A DNA stretch of 64,000 nt from Blastocatellia bacterium. Its GTDB lineage: Bacteria > Acidobacteriota > Blastocatellia > Pyrinomonadales > Pyrinomonadaceae. The position numbers and the translations under genes are program-made. Shown here piece by piece: positions 55,181 through 64,000 of this stretch (positions within the stretch are counted from its first letter, which is position 1; each line of letters opens with the position of its first letter). The stretch spans positions 6,351-70,350 of the forward strand of contig JAWVCT010000043.1 in the NCBI GenBank assembly GCA_033858155.1, written 5' to 3'. The notes below the pieces were generated by a model. The model worked only from the letters and a program-made list of their open reading frames with translations. It searched no databases and was not told the DNA's origin.

Positions 55181-56395
55181 ATGCCGCAAAAGCTGCAAAT
55201 CGATAAGTGGTTATTCTCGGCGACCGTGGGGCTGGCGCTGTTCGGAGTCGTCATGGTGTACAGCGCGTCGGCGGTGATCGCGCAGTCAGAAAACCACAGT
55301 CAGTTTCATTACGTTTTCAAACAGGGCGTGTGGACGACGCTCGGATTCGCGGCGATGTTCCTGGCCATGCGATTTGATTACCAAAGGCTAAATCGGCGCT
55401 GGATCGTATACGGCGGTTTGCTGGTAACGATCTTCTTATTGCTGGCGGTCTTCGCTTTCTCGCCGGTTAACGGTGCGCGTCGTTGGATCAAGTTTGGCGG
55501 CATGTCTGCCCAACCTTCAGAGATCGCGAAGCTCACGCTGGCGATGTTCCTGGCTTATTTTCTCGAGAAACGCGCGGGCGAAGAGGGCTCGTTTTGGAAG
55601 ACCTTCCTGCCCTGCATGATTCCCCTGGGAGTTCTGGCCGGGCTGGTGGCGAAAGAGCCGGATCTGGGCACGGCATTGATGCTGGCGATCATCAGCATGA
55701 CGATCTGTTTCGCAGCGGGCATTCGGCCGCGGCACGTCGTCTATGCAGCCGTGCCGGGGCTGTTGTTTGTGGCGAAGATGGTGATCTTCACGCCGTTTCG
55801 CTGGCGGCGCATGGCTACCTTCATCGATCCCTGGGCGGATCAGCAGGGCAGCGGGTATCAGGTGGTGCAGTCGCTGATTGCCGTGGGATCGGGCGGACCG
55901 CATGGTCTTGGATTTGCGCAGGGGCATCAGAAGCTTTTGTTTCTCCCTTTCGCGCATTCGGATTTTATCTTTGCGGTGATCGGCGAAGAGTTGGGCCTGA
56001 TCGGGGCGCTCATCGTCGTTTCTGTATTTGCCGTTTTTTTGTGGCGCGGGATGCGCGCGGCGTTGAGAGCGCCGGATCGTTTTGGCATGTTGCTCGGCAT
56101 TGGCATCGTGGTTGGGATCGTGGCCCAGGCGCTTTTGAACATGAGCGTGGTGCTGGCGCTGGTACCGACGAAAGGAATTCCGTTGCCTTTCATTTCCTAC
56201 GGAGGATCTTCTCTGGTGCCGACGTTAGCCGGGGTTGGAATCCTGCTGAACATTTCGCAGTATGCGCCGCTGGGCAAGCGCGCCGGCTTTGACGAAGATG
56301 ACTATGAAGACGACTGGCAGGAAGAGAAACGCCCGAAGAAGCGGCGCGCACCGCGTCAGCGAGCCGCAGCGGTGGCGCGGCCTCGGTACGGTTGA
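55181..56395 (+). CDS. ftsW: SEDS-family peptidoglycan glycosyltransferase FtsW
   Basis: ATG 55181 (MPQKLQIDKW..). It has PSEIAKL, SDFIFAVIGEELG and PTKGIPLPFISYGGSS, with a charged C-terminal tail. Confidence 0.92.
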   Translation: MPQKLQIDKWLFSATVGLALFGVVMVYSASAVIAQSENHSQFHYVFKQGVWTTLGFAAMFLAMRFDYQRLNRRWIVYGGLLVTIFLLLAVFAFSPVNGARRWIKFGGMSAQPSEIAKLTLAMFLAYFLEKRAGEEGSFWKTFLPCMIPLGVLAGLVAKEPDLGTALMLAIISMTICFAAGIRPRHVVYAAVPGLLFVAKMVIFTPFRWRRMATFIDPWADQQGSGYQVVQSLIAVGSGGPHGLGFAQGHQKLLFLPFAHSDFIFAVIGEELGLIGALIVVSVFAVFLWRGMRAALRAPDRFGMLLGIGIVVGIVAQALLNMSVVLALVPTKGIPLPFISYGGSSLVPTLAGVGILLNISQYAPLGKRAGFDEDDYEDDWQEEKRPKKRRAPRQRAAAVARPRYG

Positions 56396-56398
56396 GCG

Positions 56399-57487
56399 AT
56401 GCGCGCGCTAATCGCGGCCGGCGGCACCGGCGGGCACATCTATCCGGGTATTGCCGTGGCCAAAGAAATCATGCGCCGCGATCCTTCGTCGGTCGTAATG
56501 TTTGTGGGCACGGCACATGGTCTGGAAACGCGTCTGGTGCCGAACGCCGGATTTGAACTTTCGATCATTGAAAGCGCTGGACTAAAAAACGTCAGCTTGA
56601 TGGCCAAGGTTCGGGGCCTGCTGTTGCTGCCGAAGAGTATCTTCGCCGCGCGCCGGCTGATTCGCGACTTTCATCCCGAGATTGTGATCGGCGCCGGTGG
56701 TTACGTTTCCGGTCCAGTGCTGTTGGCGGCATGGTTGATGCGCCGGCGCACGATGGTAATGGATTCCAACGCGCTGCCCGGTTGGACCAATCGAGTTCTG
56801 GCGCGCTATGTCGATAAGGCCGCCGTTTCGTTTGCGGAAGCGTTACCTTACTTTCGCGGCAAAGGCGTCCTGACCGGGAATCCGGTGCGCAGCGAGTTCT
56901 TTGAAATTCCGGCGAGGCAACGCGACGGCGCGCACATCTCGTTGCTCGTGTTTGGCGGTTCGCAGGGCGCGCGGGCGATTAATGAAGCGATGATTGCCGC
57001 GTTGCCGGGGCTTGAATCCGAGAAAAAGGCTTTGGCGGTGACGCATCAAACCGGCGAAGCTGATTTCGCGAAAGTGCGTAGTGGGTATGAGGCCGCAGGC
57101 TGGCAAGACAACGTCGATGTGCGACCTTATATTGACGACATGGTAGCGGAATTCGCCAAAGCCGATTTGATTATTAGTCGTGCCGGCGCGACGACCAGCG
57201 CTGAACTGGTGGCGGCGGGCAAAGCGGCAATCATGGTGCCGTTTCCGCTGGCGGCGGACGATCATCAGCGCAAGAATGCGGAAGCGCTGGAAGCCGCCGG
57301 TGCGGCGCGAATGATCTTGCAGAAGGATTTGAGCGGTGCGCGGCTCGCCGATGAGATTACAACTCTGCTGGCGGCGCCGGATGGAATTGATCGAATGGAG
57401 ATAGCCAGCCGCAAGCTGGCCCGGCGGGACGCGGCGAAGGCCACGGTGGATTTGATGGAAGAAGTGATGAAGGGCAGTAAGCAGTGA
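56399..57487 (+). CDS. murG: undecaprenyldiphospho-MurNAc-pentapeptide GlcNAc transferase
   Basis: AAGGTGGHIYPGIAVAKE and SRAGATTSAELVAAGKAAIMVPFP. Confidence 0.93.
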   Translation: MRALIAAGGTGGHIYPGIAVAKEIMRRDPSSVVMFVGTAHGLETRLVPNAGFELSIIESAGLKNVSLMAKVRGLLLLPKSIFAARRLIRDFHPEIVIGAGGYVSGPVLLAAWLMRRRTMVMDSNALPGWTNRVLARYVDKAAVSFAEALPYFRGKGVLTGNPVRSEFFEIPARQRDGAHISLLVFGGSQGARAINEAMIAALPGLESEKKALAVTHQTGEADFAKVRSGYEAAGWQDNVDVRPYIDDMVAEFAKADLIISRAGATTSAELVAAGKAAIMVPFPLAADDHQRKNAEALEAAGAARMILQKDLSGARLADEITTLLAAPDGIDRMEIASRKLARRDAAKATVDLMEEVMKGSKQ

Positions 57488-57607
57488 GCAGCAAGCAGGA
57501 CGCAGATGAGCAGCTATCTGAGTTTAGGCGATCGGGGGCGGGGCGACTTTTCGGCGACCGCTCTCCGCGTACTTGATTTTGCTGCTCACCGCTCACGGCT
57601 CACTGCC
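57473..57607. repeat. inverted repeat GGCAGTGAGC family
   Basis: GGCAGTAAGCAGTGAGCAGCAAGCAG (57473-98) matches TTGCTGCTCACCGCTCACGGCTCACTGCC (57579-607). It overlaps the murG stop. Confidence 0.75.
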
Positions 57608-57619
57608 AACTGATTTCTT

Positions 57620-59005
57620 ATGTTCAGACGTTTTCAACACGTTCATTTTATCGGCATCGGCGGCATTGGCATGTCGGGCATCGCTGAAGTCCTGGCGAAC
57701 CTGGGATTCCGTGTTTCCGGTTCGGATCAAAAAAAGTCCGAAGTGACCGCGCATCTGGAGGAGCTGGGCGTGGAAGTCACCGAGGGCCATGCGGCAGAAA
57801 ATGTCGGGGACGCTCACGTCGTGGTCCGCTCGACGGCGGTGCGCGATGATAATCCGGAAATCTTTGAAGCACGGCGCCGCTCAATTCCGGTGATACCGCG
57901 GGCTGAAATGCTGGCCGAACTGATGCGCATGAAGCCGCACACGGTCGCGGTCGCCGGCTCGCACGGCAAGACGACCACTACGTCGATGGTCGCGACGATC
58001 CTCGGAATTGCCGGACTGGATCCGACGTTTGTAATTGGCGGCATCGTGCGCACGTATCGCGCGAACGCCCGGCTGGGTAAGAGCGAGTTGATGGTAGTTG
58101 AGGCAGACGAAAGTGATCGTTCGTTCCTGATGCTGAGTCCGACAATTGCAGTGGTAACCAACATCGATCGCGAACACATGGACTACTACAACGACATGGA
58201 TGACATGCGGAAATGCTTTGGAGATTTCGTTAACAAGGTGCCCTTTTATGGGGCCGCGATTCTTTGTCTGGACGATCCGCACGTGCAAGCCGTAATTCCG
58301 AAAATCGAGCGTCGCCGCATCACTTACGGTTTGAGCGCTCAAGCGGACGTCTCAGCTCACGACATTAAATATGATCAATCCTTTGGCTCAAAGTTTTCAG
58401 TCCTGCGGGGAATCGATGTGCTGGGGCGAGTATCGCTGCGCGTGCCGGGCAAGCACAACGTTTACAACTCGCTGGCGGCCATCGCAGTGGCGCTCGAATT
58501 GGAAGTGCCTTTCGATACGATCGCGCATGCACTCGGCGAATTCGCCGGCGCGGATCGGCGCTTTCAATTCAAAGGCGAGGAAGCCGGTGTCACGGTCGTC
58601 GACGACTATGGCCATCATCCGACAGAGATCAAAGCGACGTTGAGCGCGGCCCGGATCGGCGCGCCTAACCGGCGCATCGTGGTTTTGTTTCAGCCGCATC
58701 GATACTCGCGCACCAACGATTTGATGGACGACTTCGCCAGTGCTTTCAACAACGCCGATGTGCTGCTGGTGACCGACATTTATGCGGCGAGCGAAACGCC
58801 GATCGAAGGGATTACCGCTGAAGTGCTGACCGAGCGGATTAAAAGCTACGGTCATAAGAGCGCGGAGTTTGTCGGCGCAGTCGAAGGCGCGGCAGATGTG
58901 CTGCGCGACACGGTGCGTGAAGGCGATCTGGTGATTACGCTGGGCGCGGGTTCTGTAAATCGCCAAGGCGATCGTTTGCTGTCGCTACTGCGAGGAGAGA
59001 ATTAG
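57620..59005 (+). CDS. murC: UDP-N-acetylmuramate--L-alanine ligase
   Basis: [18 protein letters not shown] and [12 protein letters not shown]. Confidence 0.94.
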   Translation: MFRRFQHVHFIGIGGIGMSGIAEVLANLGFRVSGSDQKKSEVTAHLEELGVEVTEGHAAENVGDAHVVVRSTAVRDDNPEIFEARRRSIPVIPRAEMLAELMRMKPHTVAVAGSHGKTTTTSMVATILGIAGLDPTFVIGGIVRTYRANARLGKSELMVVEADESDRSFLMLSPTIAVVTNIDREHMDYYNDMDDMRKCFGDFVNKVPFYGAAILCLDDPHVQAVIPKIERRRITYGLSAQADVSAHDIKYDQSFGSKFSVLRGIDVLGRVSLRVPGKHNVYNSLAAIAVALELEVPFDTIAHALGEFAGADRRFQFKGEEAGVTVVDDYGHHPTEIKATLSAARIGAPNRRIVVLFQPHRYSRTNDLMDDFASAFNNADVLLVTDIYAASETPIEGITAEVLTERIKSYGHKSAEFVGAVEGAADVLRDTVREGDLVITLGAGSVNRQGDRLLSLLRGEN

Positions 59006-59063
59006 TGGCACAGACTTCGGTCTGTGTTACTGCGGGAGAATCACAGCCTGAAGTCTGTGCCAC
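59006..59063. repeat. twin-hairpin repeat, CACAGACTnnAGTCTGTG family (copy 2)
   Basis: TGGCACAGACTTCGGTCTGTGTT-N-GAGAATCACAGCCTGAAGTCTGTGCCAC. Confidence 0.9.
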
Positions 59064-59070
59064 GTTAAAG

Positions 59071-60006
59071 ATGGTTTCACTCGAAGATACAGCTAAGCGG
59101 GATGCGGCGATTGAAGAAGTCGCGGCGCGTTTTGGTGTGCGGGCGGAACGCGGCCGCCGGTTTTCCGAGTTAACCAGTTTGCGTGTGGGCGGGGCGGTGG
59201 ACTGGGTCCTGTCGCCCGGCACTGAAGCACAGGCAGCGGCGCTCGTGCATGAGTTGGAAAAATGCGGAGTCGCATGGAGGCCGTTGGGCTCGGGCAGTAA
59301 CGTACTTGCCGACGACGGCGCTCATCATTACGTGATTGTGAGTCTGAAAGGACTAAAAGCCGATCCCGTCTTTACCGGTGATCGAGTTTCCGTGAGCGCT
59401 GGTTATTCATTGCCTCGTCTTTGTATCGACTCGGCGCGCCGTAGTCTTTCCGGCATCGAAGGTCTGAATGGAATACCCGGCACTGTGGGGGGCGCGCTGT
59501 GGATGAACGCGGGGGCGTACGGCCAGGAAATCGGTACCGTCGTTGAAACAGTGCGAGTAGCGCGTGGTGGTCGAGTAGTCGAAATTCCTGGCGCTGAGAT
59601 TAGTTGGAATTATCGGCACACGTCATTTCAAGAAGGCGAGTTGCTTTTAGGCGCGACTCTGTTATTGAGCCGAGGCGATCCGGACGAGATTAACAGCCGG
59701 ATGGAGGCCGCCAAGGGTCAAAGAATGGCGACGCAACCGCATGGCGCGCGCTCTGCCGGTTGCTTCTTTAAGAACGCGCCGGCCAGCCCAATCGGCACGG
59801 GCAAAATGATCGATGACTTGGGTATGAAAGGGTCGCGACGTGGAGGCGCACTGGTTTCGCCAAAGCACGCAAACTTCATCGTGACCGAAGGCGACGATGC
59901 GCGGGCCGAAGACGCGCTGGCCCTGGCGGAAGAAATTCGCGAGCGCGTCAAGCATGAACATGGAATCGATCTGGAATACGAAGTTGAGTTGTGGAGTAGT
60001 AAGTAA
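59071..60006 (+). CDS. murB: UDP-N-acetylenolpyruvoylglucosamine reductase
   Basis: TSLRVGG, LGSGSNVL, a FAD-binding fold and CFFKNP-like SAGCFFKNA. ATG 59071 is preferred; the track start at 59005 reads through the repeat. Confidence 0.9.
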   Translation: MVSLEDTAKRDAAIEEVAARFGVRAERGRRFSELTSLRVGGAVDWVLSPGTEAQAAALVHELEKCGVAWRPLGSGSNVLADDGAHHYVIVSLKGLKADPVFTGDRVSVSAGYSLPRLCIDSARRSLSGIEGLNGIPGTVGGALWMNAGAYGQEIGTVVETVRVARGGRVVEIPGAEISWNYRHTSFQEGELLLGATLLLSRGDPDEINSRMEAAKGQRMATQPHGARSAGCFFKNAPASPIGTGKMIDDLGMKGSRRGGALVSPKHANFIVTEGDDARAEDALALAEEIRERVKHEHGIDLEYEVELWSSK

Positions 60007-60066
60007 CACAGGTTTCAGTCTGTGTTAGCCGTTGGAAGGAAAATCACAGACTGAAGTCTGTGCCAC
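60005..60066. repeat. twin-hairpin repeat, CACAGACTnnAGTCTGTG family (copy 3)
   Basis: AACACAGGTTTCAGTCTGTGTT-N-GAAAATCACAGACTGAAGTCTGTGCCAC. Confidence 0.9.
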
Positions 60067-60073
60067 TAGCAAT

Positions 60074-61153
60074 ATGAAAGAACAAGTCATCGCCAACAGA
60101 GGTCCGCGAAGTTCGAAGGGTGCCGCTCCGCCCCGCGGTTTTGTGCAGCGTCCAGCGCGTCGTGATGGGTCGAAGGGCGGCAACGGCAGAAGTTTCTCGC
60201 CGCGCGCGCTGTTCGCCTACGTACCTTCGGCACTGAAGTTTATCCTGGTGATTCTCGCGCTGCTCACTGCGTTCATCGGATATCGAGTGGCGGCTTCGGC
60301 GTCACTGTTTCAGGCGCGGACTATCGATGTGACGGGAGCTTCGCGCACCTCCGCTGATGAAATTGCCGGACTGACGCGGCGGGCCGTGGCGCGCTCTGGA
60401 GTTTGGCGCGCCGACCTCTCGGCGATTAGCGCTGAGTTAGGGCGTCTGCCGGGCGTGCGCCGCGCGGTTGTCAGCCGCGTCCTGCCTGATGGCCTGCGAG
60501 TACGGGTCAGCGAACGAGTGCCCGTGGCCGTGGTTCGTACCTCTGCCGGTCACTTCTTTTGGGTGGACGAAGAGGGCGTGGCGCTGGGAGAAATGAAGAC
60601 CACCGACACCGTGCCGTCGTTTTTTATTCGCGGCTGGAACGAAGATGGCACGGAAGAAGCGCACACGGGCAACGCGGAACGAGTGCAGAAGTACGTCGAA
60701 CTCGTGCGTGAGTGGACTGCCCTGGGTCTTGCGGAACGAGTGAGCGAAGTTAACCTGATCGACCTGCACGACGTACGCGCGCAACTCGGCGGTAACGATT
60801 CGGAGATTGAAGTTAGACTCGGCGGACAGGACTTGGGTGAGCGTCTCAAGCAGGCTCTCGACGCGTTGGACAAATATCGGCAAACGCCGCGCGGCTCGTC
60901 CATTACTTATGTTGATTTGCAAACTGGGCGAATCGTGATGGGCACCGATCGCGGAAGTAAGCTTTCGACTACGATGGACGCTCCTGCTATCGACTCGAGG
61001 ATTCCTGAGAGCTCTGCAACACCGAGCACTCCAAAGCCGGCTAACACGGCTAATACGAATCGAACCGTTTTGACGAACGACAAACGGCAGAAACCGGCGC
61101 GGACTAATGTGGGAGGCGATGCGGCGAACACTCCTCGCATTCGTGTGCGATAG
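60074..61153 (+). CDS. ftsQ: cell division protein FtsQ (POTRA domain)
   Basis: Positioned between murB and ftsA. It has a basic N-terminus, TM (LKFILVILALLTAFIGY), a POTRA-like segment (ARTIDVTGASRTSADEI..LPGVRRAVVSRVLPDGLRVRVSER) and a disordered tail. ATG at 60074. Confidence 0.85.
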   Translation: MKEQVIANRGPRSSKGAAPPRGFVQRPARRDGSKGGNGRSFSPRALFAYVPSALKFILVILALLTAFIGYRVAASASLFQARTIDVTGASRTSADEIAGLTRRAVARSGVWRADLSAISAELGRLPGVRRAVVSRVLPDGLRVRVSERVPVAVVRTSAGHFFWVDEEGVALGEMKTTDTVPSFFIRGWNEDGTEEAHTGNAERVQKYVELVREWTALGLAERVSEVNLIDLHDVRAQLGGNDSEIEVRLGGQDLGERLKQALDALDKYRQTPRGSSITYVDLQTGRIVMGTDRGSKLSTTMDAPAIDSRIPESSATPSTPKPANTANTNRTVLTNDKRQKPARTNVGGDAANTPRIRVR

Positions 61154-61172
61154 GCGAATCAGAGAAAGCTAA

Positions 61173-62438
61173 ATGGCAAAGCGGACAAATCACACGATTG
61201 GGCTGGACATCGGAACAAGCAAAGTGACGTGCATCGTCGCAGGTTCCGGAGAAGAGGGCCTGCTTGAAATCCTGGGTATCGGCGAAGCCGAAGCGCGTGG
61301 TTTGCGCAAAGGCGTGATCGTCAACCCCGATGCAGCCGTGGAGTCAATCAAACGAGCGGTTGAAGAAGCCGAGCGGATGAGCGGCGTGCAGGCAGAGGAA
61401 GTCACAATCAATCTGGCTGGGTCGCACATCATGGGTTTCAACGGCCAGGCTATCGTCGCCGTGGCCGGCCGTGATCGAGAGATTACTGCCGATGATGTTC
61501 GCCGCGCGATCGATTCCGCCTGCGCGATCCAACTTCCGGCGGGTCGCGAGATCGTGGATCGTTTGCCACAGGAGTTTATCGTGGACGATCAGGATGGCAT
61601 CAACGATCCGGTAGGCATGACCGGGGCCCGTTTGGCGGTCAAGGTGCACATCGTGACCAGCCCTGTGACCGCGCGCCAGAACGCTATTAACGCCGTCAAT
61701 CGAGCCGGATTAATCGTCGCGGACATGATCCTCGAGCAGCTTGCCGCGGCTGAAGCGACGCTCACGGATGATGACAAAGAATACGGTTCGGCCCTGGTTG
61801 ATATTGGCGCCGAAACCACCGGCTTGTGTGTATACCAGCGCGGTGCGGTGCAACACACCGCCGTATTTCCGTTGGGCGGGGGGCACTTTACTAACGACAT
61901 TGCGTTCGGCCTGCGTACGCCAATTCCAGAGGCTGAGCGCATCAAGCGCACCGTCGGTTGCGCGTCCAGCGCATCGCTCAGCGATGACCAGCGCGGCGAG
62001 ATGGTCGAGGTGCCATCGGTGGGCGGACGCGCGCCCCGGCAATTATCGCGGCAAATTCTTTGCGACATTTTGCAGCCTCGCGCCGAAGAAGTGTTGATGC
62101 ACGTCTCAGATGAAATCAGGGATTCTGGTTGGAACCGGCAACTATCGAGTGGGGTCGTGCTAACCGGTGGCGGCGCTTTGCTCGACGGCATGATCGAAGT
62201 CGCAGAGCAGGTCTTTGACGCGCCGGTGCGGATCGGATATCCCGAGCGCGATCGGTTCGGTGGACTGGTTGAAGACGTGCAAAGTCCGGCCTGGGCGGCC
62301 GCGGCCGGACTCGCGCTGGTGTTCCATCGAGCGCATGCTTTGGAACAGCGCGCCGGCGGCGCCAAGCGCGGCTCTACTGGTCGCTTAACGCACTTCGTTT
62401 CCAAGTTTCGCAATCGATTTGGTAGTAGTATTTTTTGA
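61173..62438 (+). CDS. ftsA: cell division protein FtsA
   Basis: Actin fold: [26 protein letters not shown] and [10 protein letters not shown]. Confidence 0.94.
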   Translation: MAKRTNHTIGLDIGTSKVTCIVAGSGEEGLLEILGIGEAEARGLRKGVIVNPDAAVESIKRAVEEAERMSGVQAEEVTINLAGSHIMGFNGQAIVAVAGRDREITADDVRRAIDSACAIQLPAGREIVDRLPQEFIVDDQDGINDPVGMTGARLAVKVHIVTSPVTARQNAINAVNRAGLIVADMILEQLAAAEATLTDDDKEYGSALVDIGAETTGLCVYQRGAVQHTAVFPLGGGHFTNDIAFGLRTPIPEAERIKRTVGCASSASLSDDQRGEMVEVPSVGGRAPRQLSRQILCDILQPRAEEVLMHVSDEIRDSGWNRQLSSGVVLTGGGALLDGMIEVAEQVFDAPVRIGYPERDRFGGLVEDVQSPAWAAAAGLALVFHRAHALEQRAGGAKRGSTGRLTHFVSKFRNRFGSSIF

Positions 62439-62571
62439 CAGAGTATTGTATGCTGGCGCGCCTATGGCACAATATGTTGTCCGCAAGATATAGATGCCCG
62501 TGGTTCAGCTAGCCCAAAATAGACGAAAGAGGGAGTGGAAGACTTCCCGGTTTGGAAGAGAGGAAAAACCC

Positions 62572-63726
62572 ATGACACCAGAGGTACGCGAACCCGGCAA
62601 AGGCATAAATATTTTCATTGACGACGAGCCTCCCATTACCGGAGCGCGCATAAAAGTCATCGGTGTGGGCGGCGGTGGCGGCAACGCAGTCAATCGGATG
62701 ATCGACTCGGGCATTGAAGGAATCGAGTTCGTAGTAGCGAACACAGATCTACAAGCTCTGAAACGCTCGCGCGCTCCAGTGAAAATTCAACTCGGCGGCA
62801 GGTTGACCAAAGGGCTTGGCGCGGGCGCTGATCCCGAAGTTGGCAGGCAGGCGGCGCTCGAAGACACCGACAAGATCATCGAAGTGCTCGAAGGCGCGGA
62901 CATGGTTTTTGTAACCACCGGTCTCGGTGGTGGCACGGGGACCGGGGGCGCGCCGATTGTAGCCTCGCTGGCCACTGAACTAGGTGCTTTGACCGTGGCG
63001 GTAGTGACGAAGCCGTTCTTGTTCGAGGGTCGCCGGCGATTGCACCAGGCTGAACATGGCCTCAGCGAATTGCACGAATCTGTCGACACAGTCATTACGA
63101 TTCCGAACGAGCGGCTTTTCGGCGCGGTGCCTCAGGGCGCTTCGTTTGCTGATGCATTCAAAGCCGCGGATGACGTCTTGCGCCAGGCCGTGCAGGGAAT
63201 CAGCGACTTGATTACAGTGCCGGGCTTAATCAATCTGGACTTTGCCGACGTGCGCACAATCATGCAGGGAATGGGCATGGCGCTAATGGGCACAGGATAC
63301 GCGCGCGGTGAAAATCGCGCGGTTGAAGCCACTCAGGAAGCCATCTCGTCGCCGTTACTCGAAGAGGCGTCGATCAAGGGCGCGCGGGGCGTGCTCATCA
63401 ACATCACTGGCGGTCACGATCTGACCCTCTGTGAAGTTAACGATGCGGCATCAATAGTTCGTGAAGAGGCGGACGAGGATGCGAATATTATTTTTGGACA
63501 TGTGATCGACGAAACGATGGCCGATGCGATGAAGATTACCGTCATTGCGACGGGCTTTCGCCGCGAAGTTGTATCAGCTTCGGTTGCCGCTGGCGCTCAG
63601 ATGCCAATCACTTCACCGCCGCGCTATGCGCCGCGGTCTCCGGAAGAATTTCCTGCCTCGCACGGGAGTTCAAAGCGCATTGATGATCTCGATGTGCCGA
63701 CGTTCATCAGAAAAAAGGCCGACTAA
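62572..63726 (+). CDS. ftsZ: cell division GTPase FtsZ
   Basis: [17 protein letters not shown], the tubulin signature [13 protein letters not shown], and the C-terminal peptide [16 protein letters not shown] 62572 follows GAGAGGAAAAA. Confidence 0.96.
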   Translation: MTPEVREPGKGINIFIDDEPPITGARIKVIGVGGGGGNAVNRMIDSGIEGIEFVVANTDLQALKRSRAPVKIQLGGRLTKGLGAGADPEVGRQAALEDTDKIIEVLEGADMVFVTTGLGGGTGTGGAPIVASLATELGALTVAVVTKPFLFEGRRRLHQAEHGLSELHESVDTVITIPNERLFGAVPQGASFADAFKAADDVLRQAVQGISDLITVPGLINLDFADVRTIMQGMGMALMGTGYARGENRAVEATQEAISSPLLEEASIKGARGVLINITGGHDLTLCEVNDAASIVREEADEDANIIFGHVIDETMADAMKITVIATGFRREVVSASVAAGAQMPITSPPRYAPRSPEEFPASHGSSKRIDDLDVPTFIRKKAD

Positions 63727-63761
63727 TAAACTCAGCTAGTCAGCAATAAGCAGTGCGTTAA

Positions 63762-63792
63762 CAGCACAGGAGCGAGCGCGCTCCTGTGTTGC
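63762..63792 (+). terminator. hairpin after ftsZ (possible terminator or repeat)
   Basis: CACAGGAGCG-agcg-CGCTCCTGTG (63765-88), extendable by about 3 bp. There is no clear U-tract. Confidence 0.35.
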
Positions 63793-64000
63793 GCGCCCCC
63801 TTGACTTTGGAGTTCAATCTTTAGCTTGCGCCTGTATTCAGCAACCTAAAGAGAGAGAACTCTGAATGAAAACTGACTCGCCGAGGGCTTCCGATGATGC
63901 TTTGCGTTTTTGCCCTCGGTCGTGTAGCATGTCGCGCATTCCCTGAAGAAGTAACTTCAGTCAGTACGAATCAAATGCGCATCCTCTCCTTGGACGCTGC

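Noticed and set aside
52460-62413. Long alternative-frame or antisense ORFs inside dcw genes (52460-53068 in mraY, 55483-56292 in ftsW, 58397-58966 in murC, 61589-62413 in ftsA)
   Set aside because: Each overlaps a highly conserved, motif-bearing dcw gene. Their compositions (Arg/Gly/Ala/Ser-rich) indicate frame artefacts.
63866-64000. Possible gene start after ftsZ (ATG at 63866 or ATGCGCATCCTCTCCTTGGACGC at 63975)
   Set aside because: Too little sequence remains before the window ends, and neither has a convincing SD, so a call cannot be supported.

Overview
This 64-kb chromosomal window is mid-50s % GC by eye. It most likely comes from an Acidobacteria-like soil bacterium. That is an inference from a CarboxypepD_reg-type TonB receptor, an acidobacterial-style VWFA gene, and intergenic spaces packed with many different GC-rich palindromic repeats. 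All calls rest on motif recognition in the supplied translations and my own reading of the DNA; no database search was run. Left to right the window holds: a propeller-type sensor kinase and NarL-type regulator split by an AT-richer ORF; a TonB-dependent receptor; tRNA-Glu; PilZ; a TPR protein; an HDAC-like deacetylase; a zinc-ribbon protein; a Dam-like ORF with degenerate motifs; HD-GYP; a DUF4388/J-domain/TPR protein coupled to an orphan higA; xerC; a small two-ORF cassette; VWA; trmFO; tRNA-Thr; a DUF883/holin-X/DUF3618 membrane triad; an orphan receiver; an M16 peptidase; PhyH; glmS-glmU-yvcK; a Lys-rich TPR protein; mglBA; a GNAT; queA; a YihY protein; and ruvBA. The most interesting region is 40.6-45.2 kb. 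It is a compact bacterial microcompartment (BMC) locus: rex, a class II aldolase with a C-terminal encapsulation-peptide-like tail, a stand-alone Clp_N protein, one BMC-H, three BMC-P, a coiled-coil ORF and a disordered Cys-rich ORF. None of the usual metabolosome core enzymes is present. The right third (46.4-63.7 kb) is a dcw cell-division cluster, mraZ-rsmH-ftsL-ftsI-murF-mraY-murD-ftsW-murG-murC-murB-ftsQ-ftsA-ftsZ, lacking murE and ddl. It has a clear promoter plus a triple GTGG operator upstream of mraZ. At least 16 palindromic repeat families fill the intergenic gaps and inflate several ORF-track starts.
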